Shown here one piece after another: positions 46,914 through 59,619 of a DNA stretch of 64,000 bases. Where the stretch lies: positions 120,107 through 184,106 of the forward strand of contig OY762633.1 of NCBI GenBank assembly GCA_963666125.1, given 5' to 3'. The stretch comes from Dehalococcoidia bacterium. GTDB lineage: Bacteria > Chloroflexota > Dehalococcoidia > Lucifugimonadales > CAJWER01. Each line of letters begins with the position of its first letter. Position 1 is the stretch's first letter. The notes beneath the pieces are model-generated. The model searched no databases and was not told the origin of the DNA. It saw only the letters and a program-made list of their open reading frames with translations. Made by a program: the position numbers and the translations under genes.

Positions 46914-48534
46914 CCGCCTGGACCTGCCGCTTCGGTACAGGGAACGGCTCGAAGCCCTGCTGAGCGAGCACGTCCCCGATGCCGAGGTGTGGGCCTACGG
47001 GAGCCGCGTCAGCGGCGAGAGCCACGAGGCCAGCGACCTGGACCTGGTGCTGCGAAGCCCGACCCTTGAGCCGCTGGGGGTTGAATTTCTCGACCTGAAA
47101 GAGGCCATCGAGAAGTCCAACATACCCATCCTCGTGCAGACGCACGACTGGGCAAGGCTGCCCGAGAGCTTCCACAGGGAGATAGAGCGGGACTACGTGG
47201 TCGTGCGGGAGCGCCCGAAGCAAACGCCATCGGGCGAGTGGCGGAGTGCGACGATTGATGAGATTGCAGAGAAAGTTGCTATGGGTCCCTTCGGCTCGTC
47301 TATCAAAGTTGAGACGTTCGTACCCAAGGGTGTTCCTGTCCTCAGTGGTCAGCACCTGCACGGCTTCAGGGTTGATGATTCGCCTGGTTTCAATTTCATC
47401 AGCCCTGAACATGCCAAACGACTCGCGAATGCAAATGTCGTACCCGGCGATGTTGTTCTTACGCATCGGGGCACCATAGGACAAGTTGCCTACATCCCGG
47501 AGAATTCGCAATTCCACCAGTACGTTGTTTCACAGAGTCAGTTCTACATACGGTGTGACCGATCAAAGGCTCTGCCAGAGTATGTTACGATGTACTTCAG
47601 ATCCCCTGAAGGACAACACCAGCTTCTGGCGAACACATCTCAGGTAGGCGTTCCATCCATCGCACAGCCTGTGACCTACCTGCGCACAATAGAAATCCCG
47701 CTCCCGCCCCTGCCTGAACAGCGTGCTATCGCCCACGTCCTCGGCACCCTGGACGACAAGATCGAGCTCAACCGCCGCATGAACCAGACCCTGGAGGAGA
47801 TGGCCCGCGCCCTCTTCAAGTCCTGGTTCGTCGACTTCGAACCCGTCCGCGCCAAGATGGACGGCCGCTGGCGCCCCGGCCAATCCCTCCCCGGCCTCCC
47901 CGCCAACCACTACAACCTATTCCCCAACCGCCTCGTGGACTCCGACCTAGGCCAGATCCCAGAGGGCTGGCAAGTCAAACCCCTGGGCGAGGTCGCAGAA
48001 CAGCGTCGAGATGGCGTGAGGCCGGAGCAGATTGATCCTGTAACTCCGTACATTGCCCTCGAGCACATGCCCAGGCGTCGTATCGCGCTTGGAGACTGGG
48101 GTTCGGCGGATGGTCTGGCCAGCGGGAAATCCAGGTTCAGGCGAGGAGACATCCTATTCGGGAAGCTGCGACCGTACTTCCACAAGGTGGGCGTGGCTCC
48201 GTTGGATGGTGTATGCTCGACGGACATCGTGGTAATATCACCGAAGGAGGACTGCTGGTTCGGTTTCGTGCTCGGTCATGTATCCAGCTCGGCGTTCGTG
48301 GACTACACGGACGCAGCATCGACCGGAACAAAAATGCCGCGCACCAAGTGGACCGACATGGCTAGGTATAAGGTGGCGCTGCCAAGTGATAGACTCGCCG
48401 AAGCCTTCAGGGGAATGACCCAGCCGTGGACTGAGAGTATGGTATCATCGATACACGAATCCCGCGCCCTCGCCGTTCAGCGGGACGCGTTGCTACCGAA
48501 GCTGGTGTCAGGAAAGTTGTATCAAGATACATAG
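46906..48534 (+). CDS. hsdS: Type I R-M specificity subunit with N-terminal minimal nucleotidyltransferase (MNT) domain
   Basis: N-terminal VWAYGSRV.G.....[41 protein letters not shown]. Confidence 0.92.
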   Translation: MTDRLDLPLRYRERLEALLSEHVPDAEVWAYGSRVSGESHEASDLDLVLRSPTLEPLGVEFLDLKEAIEKSNIPILVQTHDWARLPESFHREIERDYVVVRERPKQTPSGEWRSATIDEIAEKVAMGPFGSSIKVETFVPKGVPVLSGQHLHGFRVDDSPGFNFISPEHAKRLANANVVPGDVVLTHRGTIGQVAYIPENSQFHQYVVSQSQFYIRCDRSKALPEYVTMYFRSPEGQHQLLANTSQVGVPSIAQPVTYLRTIEIPLPPLPEQRAIAHVLGTLDDKIELNRRMNQTLEEMARALFKSWFVDFEPVRAKMDGRWRPGQSLPGLPANHYNLFPNRLVDSDLGQIPEGWQVKPLGEVAEQRRDGVRPEQIDPVTPYIALEHMPRRRIALGDWGSADGLASGKSRFRRGDILFGKLRPYFHKVGVAPLDGVCSTDIVVISPKEDCWFGFVLGHVSSSAFVDYTDAASTGTKMPRTKWTDMARYKVALPSDRLAEAFRGMTQPWTESMVSSIHESRALAVQRDALLPKLVSGKLYQDT

Positions 48535-48661
48535 GTATAACCGGTAGAGCCGGTAGTTTAGGCTGTCAATGAGGAGTACAGTGCTTTACTCCAATCAAAG
48601 AGATGGATGTCCAATATGACTAGGCCATGAAGCTAGGGGATCCTACGATGGCTCCGGGGAT

Positions 48662-49552
48662 GTGACGTACGTGGAATTCTCTCCACGTGCAGGTGGTCGT
48701 TACACAATCACAGATGAGGCAAGGTGGTTACTTTCTGAGAATGACGTCAGCGCTAAGGAAAGAGCGCTATTGACCACTATGCTTATTGACCAGCGGGAAC
48801 AGGGAGTCAGGTGGCCAATGGTCACTACCGATTCGGTAAAGAAAGCTAGATCTAACTCACCCACCTCAGTTGATCGACGCGGGGAGAGACTTCTTCGGTT
48901 TATCTCAAACCATGTAGATAGCCTGGCAAGCACTGTTCAAATCAGAGAGGAATCATATGGTGCCTATGCATGGTCTGAATCAGTTGAATGGGGAGAAATC
49001 ACATATTTGCTTGATTATCTACAAGAAATGGGATGGATACAGGGGCAACGATCCGGGGAGAGGTGGTTTATTGGAGGACTTACTGTTGCTGGATATGGGC
49101 GACTGGCAGAACAGAGAGACAGTCTCGACTCATCCCAAGCATTCGTAGCTATGTGGTTCGACGACAGCATGGATCAGGCTTTCGAGAACGGCATTGCCCC
49201 AGCCGTCAGGGAAGCGGGATATACACCCTTGAGGATTGACCGGAAGGAGCATGTCAACAAGATTGACGACGAGATCATTGCAGAGCTTCGTCGGTCGCGG
49301 TTCCTCGTGGCCGACTTCACGCATGGCGACGATGGAGCGAGAGGCGGTGTCTACTACGAGGCAGGCTTTGCACATGGACTTGACTTACCCGTCATCTTCA
49401 TGTGTAGGGAGGATGCGGTGGAGTCGTTGCACTTCGACACCGAACACTACAACCACATAGTCTGGTCCACCCCGGAGGACCTGCACGACAAGCTGAAGAA
49501 CCGCATCCTCGCCGTCATCGGCGAAGGCCCCGAGACCCACAGCATCCCATGA
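48662..49552 (+). CDS. Protein with C-terminal nucleoside 2-deoxyribosyltransferase/TIR-like domain; true start possibly 48581 across an in-frame TGA
   Basis: AFVAMWF..LRIDRKEH...IDDEI..RSRFLVADFT...GVYYEAGFA.G...PVI; AT-rich 5' two thirds. Confidence 0.72.
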   Translation: MTYVEFSPRAGGRYTITDEARWLLSENDVSAKERALLTTMLIDQREQGVRWPMVTTDSVKKARSNSPTSVDRRGERLLRFISNHVDSLASTVQIREESYGAYAWSESVEWGEITYLLDYLQEMGWIQGQRSGERWFIGGLTVAGYGRLAEQRDSLDSSQAFVAMWFDDSMDQAFENGIAPAVREAGYTPLRIDRKEHVNKIDDEIIAELRRSRFLVADFTHGDDGARGGVYYEAGFAHGLDLPVIFMCREDAVESLHFDTEHYNHIVWSTPEDLHDKLKNRILAVIGEGPETHSIP

Positions 49553-49603
49553 CCACCACCACCGGCGCAGAGATTGGGCCTGACGGACCATGCCGACGAA
49601 TCG

Positions 49604-49741
49604 GTAGGGGTGCCCCTTGTGGGTACCCGCGACGGCTGCGACGGGGACAGGGCAACCACAAGGGTTGCCCTACGGTGCCCATGGATGCGACTGTGCGGGT
49701 ATGATCGACGGGGCGAGGGCAACCACGAGGGTTGCCCCTAC
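49604..49741. repeat. REP doublet (49604-49673) plus single REP (49716-49741) upstream of the RAYT
   Basis: GTAGGGGTGCCCCTTGTGGGTACCC ... AGGGCAACCACAAGGGTTGCCCTAC. Confidence 0.85.
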
Positions 49742-49819
49742 GAGGAAAGGAGTTGTGGCATTAGCGCACAAGGACGAGCACCATCCATTGGATCCAATGA
49801 AGGCGGTGTGCCTGGGCCT

Positions 49820-50524
49820 ATGGAGCCTCGCCGCCGATCCACCCGACTGAAGGGGTACGACTACTCCCAGCCCGGCGCGTACTTCGTGACCATCGTCACG
49901 CAGGATAGGCTGTGCCTGTTTGGAGACGTGGTCGAAGACAGGATGCGTCTGAGCGGTGCGGGTGAGATGGCCAGGACGGTCTGGGAGGGGTTGTCGCGGC
50001 GGTTCGCGGGCATCGGCGTCGATCTGTTCGTGGTGATGCCGAATCATATTCACGGCATCATCGTAATCGACGAATCTACGTCTGATGACGCTGCCAACGA
50101 ATCTGTAGGGGCGTCCCTTGTGGGCGCCCTCGACGTTGCCGACAGGGACAGGGCAACCACAAGGGTTGCCCCTACGTCTGACCCTGCCGACGAATCCGTA
50201 GGGGTGCCCCTTGTGGGTACCCACGAAGGCGACCACGCGAGAACCGGCGATGGGGAGAGGGCAACCACGAGGGTTGCCCCTACGCTGGGGGATGTTGTTG
50301 GCGCGTATAAATCAATCACGACCGTGGAATATACGCGCGGGGTAAAGGCGCGCGGATGGCGGCCGTTTCGAGGGCGGTTGTGGCAGCGCAATTATTACGA
50401 GCATGTTATCCGGGACGAGGACGAGTTGGGCCGCGCCAGGGAGTACATCGTAAACAACCCCCTGAGGTGGGCGTTGGATAGGGAGAACCCGGCGGTTGCA
50501 GGGAATACCGATCGTTCGCCGTGA
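49820..50524 (+). mobile_element. REP-associated tyrosine transposase (RAYT/TnpA-REP, Y1 HUH)
   Basis: RRSTRLKGYDYSQPGAYFVTI, VMPNHIHGI (HUH), WQRNYYEHVIR, YIVNNP (catalytic Tyr). Confidence 0.9.
50105..50283. repeat. Two in-frame REP doublets inside the RAYT coding sequence
   Basis: 50105-50175 and 50198-50283, starts 93 bp apart; translated as VGASLVGAL..RATTRVAPT and VGVPLVGT..RATTRVAPT. Confidence 0.88.
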
Positions 50525-50538
50525 CCATATGATCGGAC

Positions 50539-50604
50539 GTAGCCCCTTGTGGGTACCCTCGACGGCTGCGACGGGGCGAGGGCAACCACGAGGGTTGCCC
50601 CTAC
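50539..50604. repeat. REP doublet downstream of the RAYT (left arm truncated)
   Basis: GTAGCCCCTTGTGGGTACCC ... AGGGCAACCACGAGGGTTGCCCCTAC. Confidence 0.82.
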
Positions 50605-50767
50605 GTCCGATCATCCGGGTGGTGGAAGGCACCGAATAGCTTGTGTCTCACCTATTGAAGACAACGCGATTTGCATATCACATAAGGCATTCCATGATAT
50701 GCAACGGCGCTTGTGGTCAAAGCATGATACACAATGATGTCACCGACCATCTTGCGTGACCGTCCTT

Positions 50768-50788
50768 TATAGTCTAATATAGACCATA
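50768..50788. promoter_or_regulatory. Operator-like inverted repeat upstream of the antitoxin
   Basis: TATAGTCTA-ATA-TAGACCATA, 9-bp arms with one mismatch, AT-rich. Confidence 0.5.
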
Positions 50789-50809
50789 ACTGTATTCGAG
50801 GGGTGGAGC

Positions 50810-51106
50810 ATGGTTGTGTCCGAGCCGGGCCGTGTGTGGACGGTTGCCGAGGCCAAGGCGAAGCTGTCAGAAGTCCTGCGCCTTGCCGAGACGGAGGGAC
50901 CTCAGCGTATTGGCGCCCGAAAGCCATTCGTGGTGGTGCCAGAGAGCGTGTGGCGTGCCCGTGCGCCGGAGCGTATGCCCCTGGGCCGGTGGCTGGTCGA
51001 GAACATGCCGCGCGGGACAAACCTCGAAATCCCCGAACGCGGCGGTCAATCCCGTCGCGAGATTCCGTTCGCAGATTGGGATGACGACGACTGGGGTGAC
51101 AAGTGA
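50810..51106 (+). CDS. Phd/YefM family antitoxin
   Basis: WTVAEAKAKLSEVLRLAETEGPQRI. Confidence 0.85.
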   Translation: MVVSEPGRVWTVAEAKAKLSEVLRLAETEGPQRIGARKPFVVVPESVWRARAPERMPLGRWLVENMPRGTNLEIPERGGQSRREIPFADWDDDDWGDK

Positions 51107-51518
51107 GAGGCTTTCTTCTGGACACGAACGTCGTGTCGGAGATGACCAAGCGTCGCCCCAGCCCTCAAGTCATTGCCTTCCTGGTCCAATCGGAGGATAT
51201 GTGGCTGGCGTCATTGGTGGTGCATGAGCTGGAGTTTGGGGCGTGGCTCATACCACCCGGACGGCGCAGGGAGCGGCTGCGAGCAGATATCTCAAGGCTG
51301 CTCAGGCGTTACGAGGATCGCATTCTGCCTATTGATCGGGCGAGTGCGGAGTGGGCCGCGCAGTTCCGGGCAGGCGCGGTTCGCTCAGGCCGTCCCCCCG
51401 ATCTCATCGACATACTCATCGCGGGAACTGCCAAGGCCCATGACCTCGCCATAGTTACCCGGAATGTCCGGGACTTCGAGGGCTTGGGCGTCGATATCGT
51501 GAACCCCTGGGATACCCC

Positions 51519-51522
<4 letters not shown>
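51103..51522 (+). CDS. vapC: VapC/PIN-domain toxin
   Basis: [33 protein letters not shown]. Confidence 0.92.
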
Positions 51523-54671
<3,149 letters not shown>

Positions 54672-54748
54672 GCAAGGTGCGGCTTGTCATTCGCCGCCTT
54701 CCGTCTTAGAATCGGGAGAGAACATATGGAGTGGCACCGGAGGGCATC

Positions 54749-56152
54749 ATGAGCGAGGACACCAGGCTGATAGCCCACCTGATGCGCCGGGCGGGGTTCG
54801 GCGCGACCCGTGAGGAGATCGAGGCCTACGCCGCCAGGGGCTACGACGCGGCGGTCGAGGAGCTTCTCGACCCGCCGGACACGGGCTGGATGGGCGACTA
54901 CATGGCGCGGCGGTTCCACCACGAGCAGTCGGGCATGATGGGGCCGTGGGGCAGCGGCGACAACTGGCTGTACCGGATGATCTCCACCAGGGCGCCCCTC
55001 ACTGAGAAGACGGCGCTCTTCTGGCACAGCATCTTCGCCACGGGCTACCCGAAGGTGATCCACGGCAAGATGCTGTCGGACCAGATCAAGATGTTCCGCC
55101 GCTACGGGCTCGGCAACTTCCGGACCCTCCTGGTCGAGCTGGCCAGGGACCCGGCGATGATCGTCTGGCTCGACAACTACGACAACCACGGCGACGCCAT
55201 CAACGAGAACTTCGGGCGCGAGCTGCTGGAGCTGTTCTCGATGGGCGTCGGCAGCTACACCGAGGAGGACATCAAGGAGTGCTCGCGCGCCTTCACGGGC
55301 TGGACCATCGGCAACACCGAGTACATGGTGCTGCGCTCCGAGCGGGACTCGGACTGGCCCTACGGGCGCATTTCGTGGCACTTCCAGTACAACGAGGGCG
55401 ACCACGACGACGGCGAGAAGGAGTTCCTAGGCAGGAAGGGCAGGTTCAACGGCGAGGACATCATCGACATCATATGCGAGGAGGAGTCGACGGCGCGGTT
55501 CATCGCCCGGCACATGTACCACTTCTTCGTCGCGGACGAGCCGCCCGTGCCCTCGTGGCCCTACACCCCACCCCGTGACCCGGAGGCCATCGACGCGCTG
55601 GTGAAGGCGTACTTCGACAGCGGGTACGACATCAGGTCGATGCTCAGGGCGCTGTTCACGTCGGACTTCTTCAAGGCCGAGGACATCAGGTACGAGAAGG
55701 TGAAGAGCCCGGCCGAGTTCGTCGCGGGCGTCCTGCGGCTCACGGGCGAGTTCGACAGGCCCAGGCGCGAGATCATGGACCGGGCCAGGCAGATGGTCTA
55801 CATGGGCCAGCACCTGAACAACCCGCCGAGCGTCGAGGGCTGGCACCAGGGCGTCGAGTGGCTCGACACCGGCACGCTGGTCGAGCGGATCAACTTCGCG
55901 TCCGAGCAGGTCGGCGACCTGGACAAGCCGGGCGTGAGGACCATGGTCGACAGCATCGCCTCCAGGAACGGCGAGGCGATCTCGTCCCAACGGCTGGTCG
56001 ACCTCTGTCTGGAGCAGATGGGCGACATCCAGGTCTCGGACGCCTCGCGCGAGATCCTGGTCGACTTCGCCGAGCAGGCCGACCGCTCGCCGCAGGCGAT
56101 TGCGGGAGTCCTGAGGCTGTCGACGGCGACCGACGAGTTCCAGCGATCATGA
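54749..56152 (+). CDS. DUF1800 family protein
   Basis: HLMRRAGFG, EKTALFWHS.FAT, NENFGRELLELFSMG, YTEEDI.E.SRAFTGW, PPSVEGW. Confidence 0.88.
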   Translation: MSEDTRLIAHLMRRAGFGATREEIEAYAARGYDAAVEELLDPPDTGWMGDYMARRFHHEQSGMMGPWGSGDNWLYRMISTRAPLTEKTALFWHSIFATGYPKVIHGKMLSDQIKMFRRYGLGNFRTLLVELARDPAMIVWLDNYDNHGDAINENFGRELLELFSMGVGSYTEEDIKECSRAFTGWTIGNTEYMVLRSERDSDWPYGRISWHFQYNEGDHDDGEKEFLGRKGRFNGEDIIDIICEEESTARFIARHMYHFFVADEPPVPSWPYTPPRDPEAIDALVKAYFDSGYDIRSMLRALFTSDFFKAEDIRYEKVKSPAEFVAGVLRLTGEFDRPRREIMDRARQMVYMGQHLNNPPSVEGWHQGVEWLDTGTLVERINFASEQVGDLDKPGVRTMVDSIASRNGEAISSQRLVDLCLEQMGDIQVSDASREILVDFAEQADRSPQAIAGVLRLSTATDEFQRS

Positions 56153-57132
56153 TTGAGTACGACATGACGGTGGGCATGACGGCCATGGAGGGCCGCGGCT
56201 TCTACTACCCGAGCGACCTGGCGGTAGGCAGGGACGGCCGGTTCTACGTGGTCAACCGCTCGCTGGAGAGCGTCGACCGGGGCGTCCGCGTCACGATGTG
56301 CGACATCGACAGCGAGTACTATGGCATCTTCGGCGCCTACGGCAGGGGCGACGGGCAGTTTGTGTGGGCCAGCTGCGCGGCCATCGACAGCCAGGACCGC
56401 GTCTACGTTACCGACGAGTACCTGAGCCGCGTTTCCGTCTTCGACCCGGACGGCAACTTCCTGCACGGTTGGGGCGAGAGCGGCGCGGGCGACGGGGAGC
56501 TGGACGGCTCGTCGGGCATAGCCATAGACGGCGAGGATTCCGTCTACGTCTCCGACACCCACAACGGGCGCGTCCAGAAGTTCACGACCGACGGTCGCCA
56601 CCTGCTCACGCTGGGTAGCGGCGAGCTCGACCTGCCGTGGGGGCTGACCGTTGCGCCGTCGGGTGACGTGTACGTGGCCGACTGGGGAAACGACCGCATC
56701 GCCCGTTTTTCGTCCTCAGGCGAGCTATCAGGCTCTTACGGCAGTACCGGGCGGGGCGACGGCGAGCTGATGAGGCCCGCGAGCGTGGCGGTCGACGACG
56801 ACGGCTACATCTACGTCGCCGACTGGGGGAACGAGCGCGTACAAGTGCTGGACCCCGACGGCGCGTTCGTTATGAAGAACCGGGGCGAGGCGACCCTGTC
56901 GAAGTGGGCCGCGAACTTCCTGACCATCAACAGGGAGGAGGGGGAGGCCCGCTCGCGGGCCGACCTGGAGCCGGAGATCGAGCTGTTCGACCCGGACGAC
57001 CCGCACGAGGAGTCGTCGAAGATAGAGAAGCTCTTCTGGGCCCCGGTATCGGTGAAGTTCGACCACTCGGGCCGGCTGCTCGTACTGGAGAGCAACCGGC
57101 ACAGGATCCAGGTGTTCCGCAAGGCCGCCTGA
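56149..57132 (+). CDS. NHL-repeat beta-propeller protein
   Basis: Repeated GxGDG(Q/E)(F/L)..P..(I/V)A(I/V)D..G..YV.D..N.R(V/I)Q. Confidence 0.9.
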   Translation: MIEYDMTVGMTAMEGRGFYYPSDLAVGRDGRFYVVNRSLESVDRGVRVTMCDIDSEYYGIFGAYGRGDGQFVWASCAAIDSQDRVYVTDEYLSRVSVFDPDGNFLHGWGESGAGDGELDGSSGIAIDGEDSVYVSDTHNGRVQKFTTDGRHLLTLGSGELDLPWGLTVAPSGDVYVADWGNDRIARFSSSGELSGSYGSTGRGDGELMRPASVAVDDDGYIYVADWGNERVQVLDPDGAFVMKNRGEATLSKWAANFLTINREEGEARSRADLEPEIELFDPDDPHEESSKIEKLFWAPVSVKFDHSGRLLVLESNRHRIQVFRKAA

Positions 57133-57155
57133 GAGCACACACGAAGGAGCGCACA

Positions 57156-58295
57156 ATGGGCAGCAACGGCAAGAATGGGAGCCATCGCTCGGTCGTAATC
57201 CTGCAGCTATCGGGAGGGAACGACGCCCTCAACTCGGTGATCCCCTACGCCAACGGCCTGTACTACGACTTCAGGCCCCACGTCCACATCGACGCTGACA
57301 ATGTGCTCGCGCTCGACGACGAGATCGGCCTGAACCCCGCCATGACGGCGATGAAGGGCCTGTGGGACGAGGGCAAGCTGGCCGTCATCAACGGCATCGG
57401 CTACCCGAACCCCAACCGCTCGCACTTCCGCTCCATGGACGTGTGGCACACCGCCGAGAGCGAGAAGATCGGCGAGGAGGGGTGGCTCGGCAGGGCCATC
57501 CGCGACCTCGATCCCAACGCCGAGAATGTGCTGACCGGTGTGAACTTCGGGCGCGGCCTGCCCAGGGCGCTGTACGCCAAGGGCGTGCCCGTCGCGTCCG
57601 TCGGGAACCTGGAGACGTACGGCCTCTTCCCGGACATCGAGGACGAGAAGCTGCGGGCCTACGCCCTCGACTCCTTCTCGCGGATGTACGGCGCGCAGGC
57701 TGGGGACAACGTCGCCGAGTTCATCAAGCAGACCGGCTCGGACGCCCTCAAGGGCGCGGACATACTCCGCACCGCCCCGGGGCAGTACTCGTCCAGCATC
57801 GAGTACGCTGACAACCCCATCGCCCAGAGCATGAAGTCCATCGCGCAGGTGATGACGGCGGACCTCGGCACCCGCGTCTACTACACCCAGCACGGCAGCT
57901 TCGACACCCACGCGGGCGAGCTGAGGAGCCACACGATGCTGTGGGACGAGGTCTCCAATGCGGTAGGCGACTTCATGGACGACCTCGAAGAGCACGGCCT
58001 GGCCGACGACACGGTGGTTCTGCTGTTCTCCGAGTTCGGCCGGCGCATCAGGGACAACGGCGCGGGCACGGACCACGGCTCGGGCGGCGTGGCCTTCGTG
58101 GTAGGCGGCCAGGTGCAGGGTGGACTCTACGGCGAGTACCCGTCGCTGGACGAGGACAAGCAGCTCGAGGGCGACCTGCACTTCAACAACGACTTCCGCA
58201 GCACCTACTCGACCATAGCCGACCGGTGGCTCGGCCTCGACCCGACGCCCATCACCAACGGCACCTACGAGCAGCACGAGTTCCTGGCGAAGTGA
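57156..58295 (+). CDS. DUF1501 family protein
   Basis: LQLSGGNDALN, NRSHFRS, FDTHA, SEFGRR..DNG.GTDHG, DFRSTY. Confidence 0.9.
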   Translation: MGSNGKNGSHRSVVILQLSGGNDALNSVIPYANGLYYDFRPHVHIDADNVLALDDEIGLNPAMTAMKGLWDEGKLAVINGIGYPNPNRSHFRSMDVWHTAESEKIGEEGWLGRAIRDLDPNAENVLTGVNFGRGLPRALYAKGVPVASVGNLETYGLFPDIEDEKLRAYALDSFSRMYGAQAGDNVAEFIKQTGSDALKGADILRTAPGQYSSSIEYADNPIAQSMKSIAQVMTADLGTRVYYTQHGSFDTHAGELRSHTMLWDEVSNAVGDFMDDLEEHGLADDTVVLLFSEFGRRIRDNGAGTDHGSGGVAFVVGGQVQGGLYGEYPSLDEDKQLEGDLHFNNDFRSTYSTIADRWLGLDPTPITNGTYEQHEFLAK

Positions 58296-58329
58296 GGGCG
58301 ACGGACATGCCCGTTACAATGAGCGCGGC

Positions 58330-58707
58330 ATGACCAATGCCCAGGACAAGCTCCTTCTGGCTAGGGGTCACTTGGCCGACGTGCTGGAGGCTTGGCATGA
58401 GCCGACCGATTGGAAGGACTTGTCGGTGTACGGATTTCACTGCCTGGAAGCGGCGATAGATGCCGCCTCGATGCGCGTGGGCTTGCCGACATCTCGGAGC
58501 CACTGGAAGAGGGTAGAAGTCGCAATGGAATTACATGGCAGTTGGGGCCTACCGGACGTCTCGGAGCTCCTTCGCGGTCTCAACGATGCCCGTAAGTCAC
58601 ACCTATACGGAGACATTCCGGATCCTGGTATGGATGCCGAGGATGTTGCGTCGAGAATCGAAGAGTATGTCAACGCAGTGGAGCAGCTGCTCACGGGAAC
58701 TCCCTAG
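58330..58707 (+). CDS. HEPN-like protein
   Basis: Helical, FHCLEAAIDA, SHW, L..ARKSHLYGD (Rx4Y-type). Confidence 0.6.
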   Translation: MTNAQDKLLLARGHLADVLEAWHEPTDWKDLSVYGFHCLEAAIDAASMRVGLPTSRSHWKRVEVAMELHGSWGLPDVSELLRGLNDARKSHLYGDIPDPGMDAEDVASRIEEYVNAVEQLLTGTP

Positions 58708-58709
58708 GA

Positions 58710-59459
58710 TTGTCAGTGATGAGAACGCCGTCGGTAAGTGATCACGTGAAGAAAGATGAAGCTCTCGCAAGGGCCGTACTTCGGTGGCCCACAGAGAGAT
58801 CGAGGGATTGGACGCTTGACTTGCTGGGTCTTGCGTATGGGGACCCGAATGTTACCGCCATAGTTGCGGCGGGGTCTGCTGTACGTCCCGGTGTGACGAG
58901 TACCGACCTCGACCTGGTCGTGATCGGCGAAGACAGGGTCGACTTCAAGAAGAAGTATAGGGCGCCGCTGGAGATCGACATACTCACCTACGCATCTTCC
59001 GACGTGGAGGGCTCCATCGAAAAAGGTCATGACATGCTCGGCTGGGCGGTCAAGTTCGGGAAGGGCCTCTTCCAGCGTGATGGCTATTGGGATGAGGTAG
59101 TCAGCCGTTGGCAATACAGGCTGCCTCTGCCGGACATCGACGCAGCATACGCTAGGGCATCGGATTCTTACCGGTGGCTTTCCGGGTTCCACAGTGTGGG
59201 GGACACCGACGCGGCCTACGAGCACGCCCTCTCTTACATGACACACCTTGCACGGGTGGCCCTTGTAGAACGGGGAGTCTATCCCGCTTCCAGACCGGAG
59301 CTGCCGGGGCAGCTACGAGAAGCCCTTGCGGGCGAACCGCCCGTTGCCATATGGCTCGAGCGTCTGCTTCACAGTCAACCCGGTCGGCGGGAGATGGACG
59401 ACCTGATTGACAGCCGACTGCACGAGCAGCGGCTTCTCGTCGCTTCCAACATGGGATGA
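58710..59459 (+). CDS. Nucleotidyltransferase (MNT-like) with C-terminal helical domain
   Basis: AAGSAVR....STDLDLVV, EIDIL third Asp; C-terminal LARVALVERGVYP. Confidence 0.7.
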   Translation: MSVMRTPSVSDHVKKDEALARAVLRWPTERSRDWTLDLLGLAYGDPNVTAIVAAGSAVRPGVTSTDLDLVVIGEDRVDFKKKYRAPLEIDILTYASSDVEGSIEKGHDMLGWAVKFGKGLFQRDGYWDEVVSRWQYRLPLPDIDAAYARASDSYRWLSGFHSVGDTDAAYEHALSYMTHLARVALVERGVYPASRPELPGQLREALAGEPPVAIWLERLLHSQPGRREMDDLIDSRLHEQRLLVASNMG

Positions 59460-59619
59460 CCGGTCAAGACCGGCTCGTGCACCGGCAATCGCAGCCGTTC
59501 TTGCTGACCGAGTAGCGGTCAAAGCCCCCTCCCCAATTCCGTTCCTTCGTTCCGAAATCGTTGCGTCCTTGGTCCGGCAGTCGTTACGCTGTTGGTTTCC
59601 CCCTTGGAGGATGATCCGG

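Noticed and set aside
49574..49819. N-terminal extension of the RAYT ORF
   Set aside because: Translated REP sequence; family-like sequence starts at ATG 49820
49604..50604. REP cluster as a CRISPR array
   Set aside because: Repeats alternate in orientation, spacing is irregular, spacers are related to one another, and a RAYT is present
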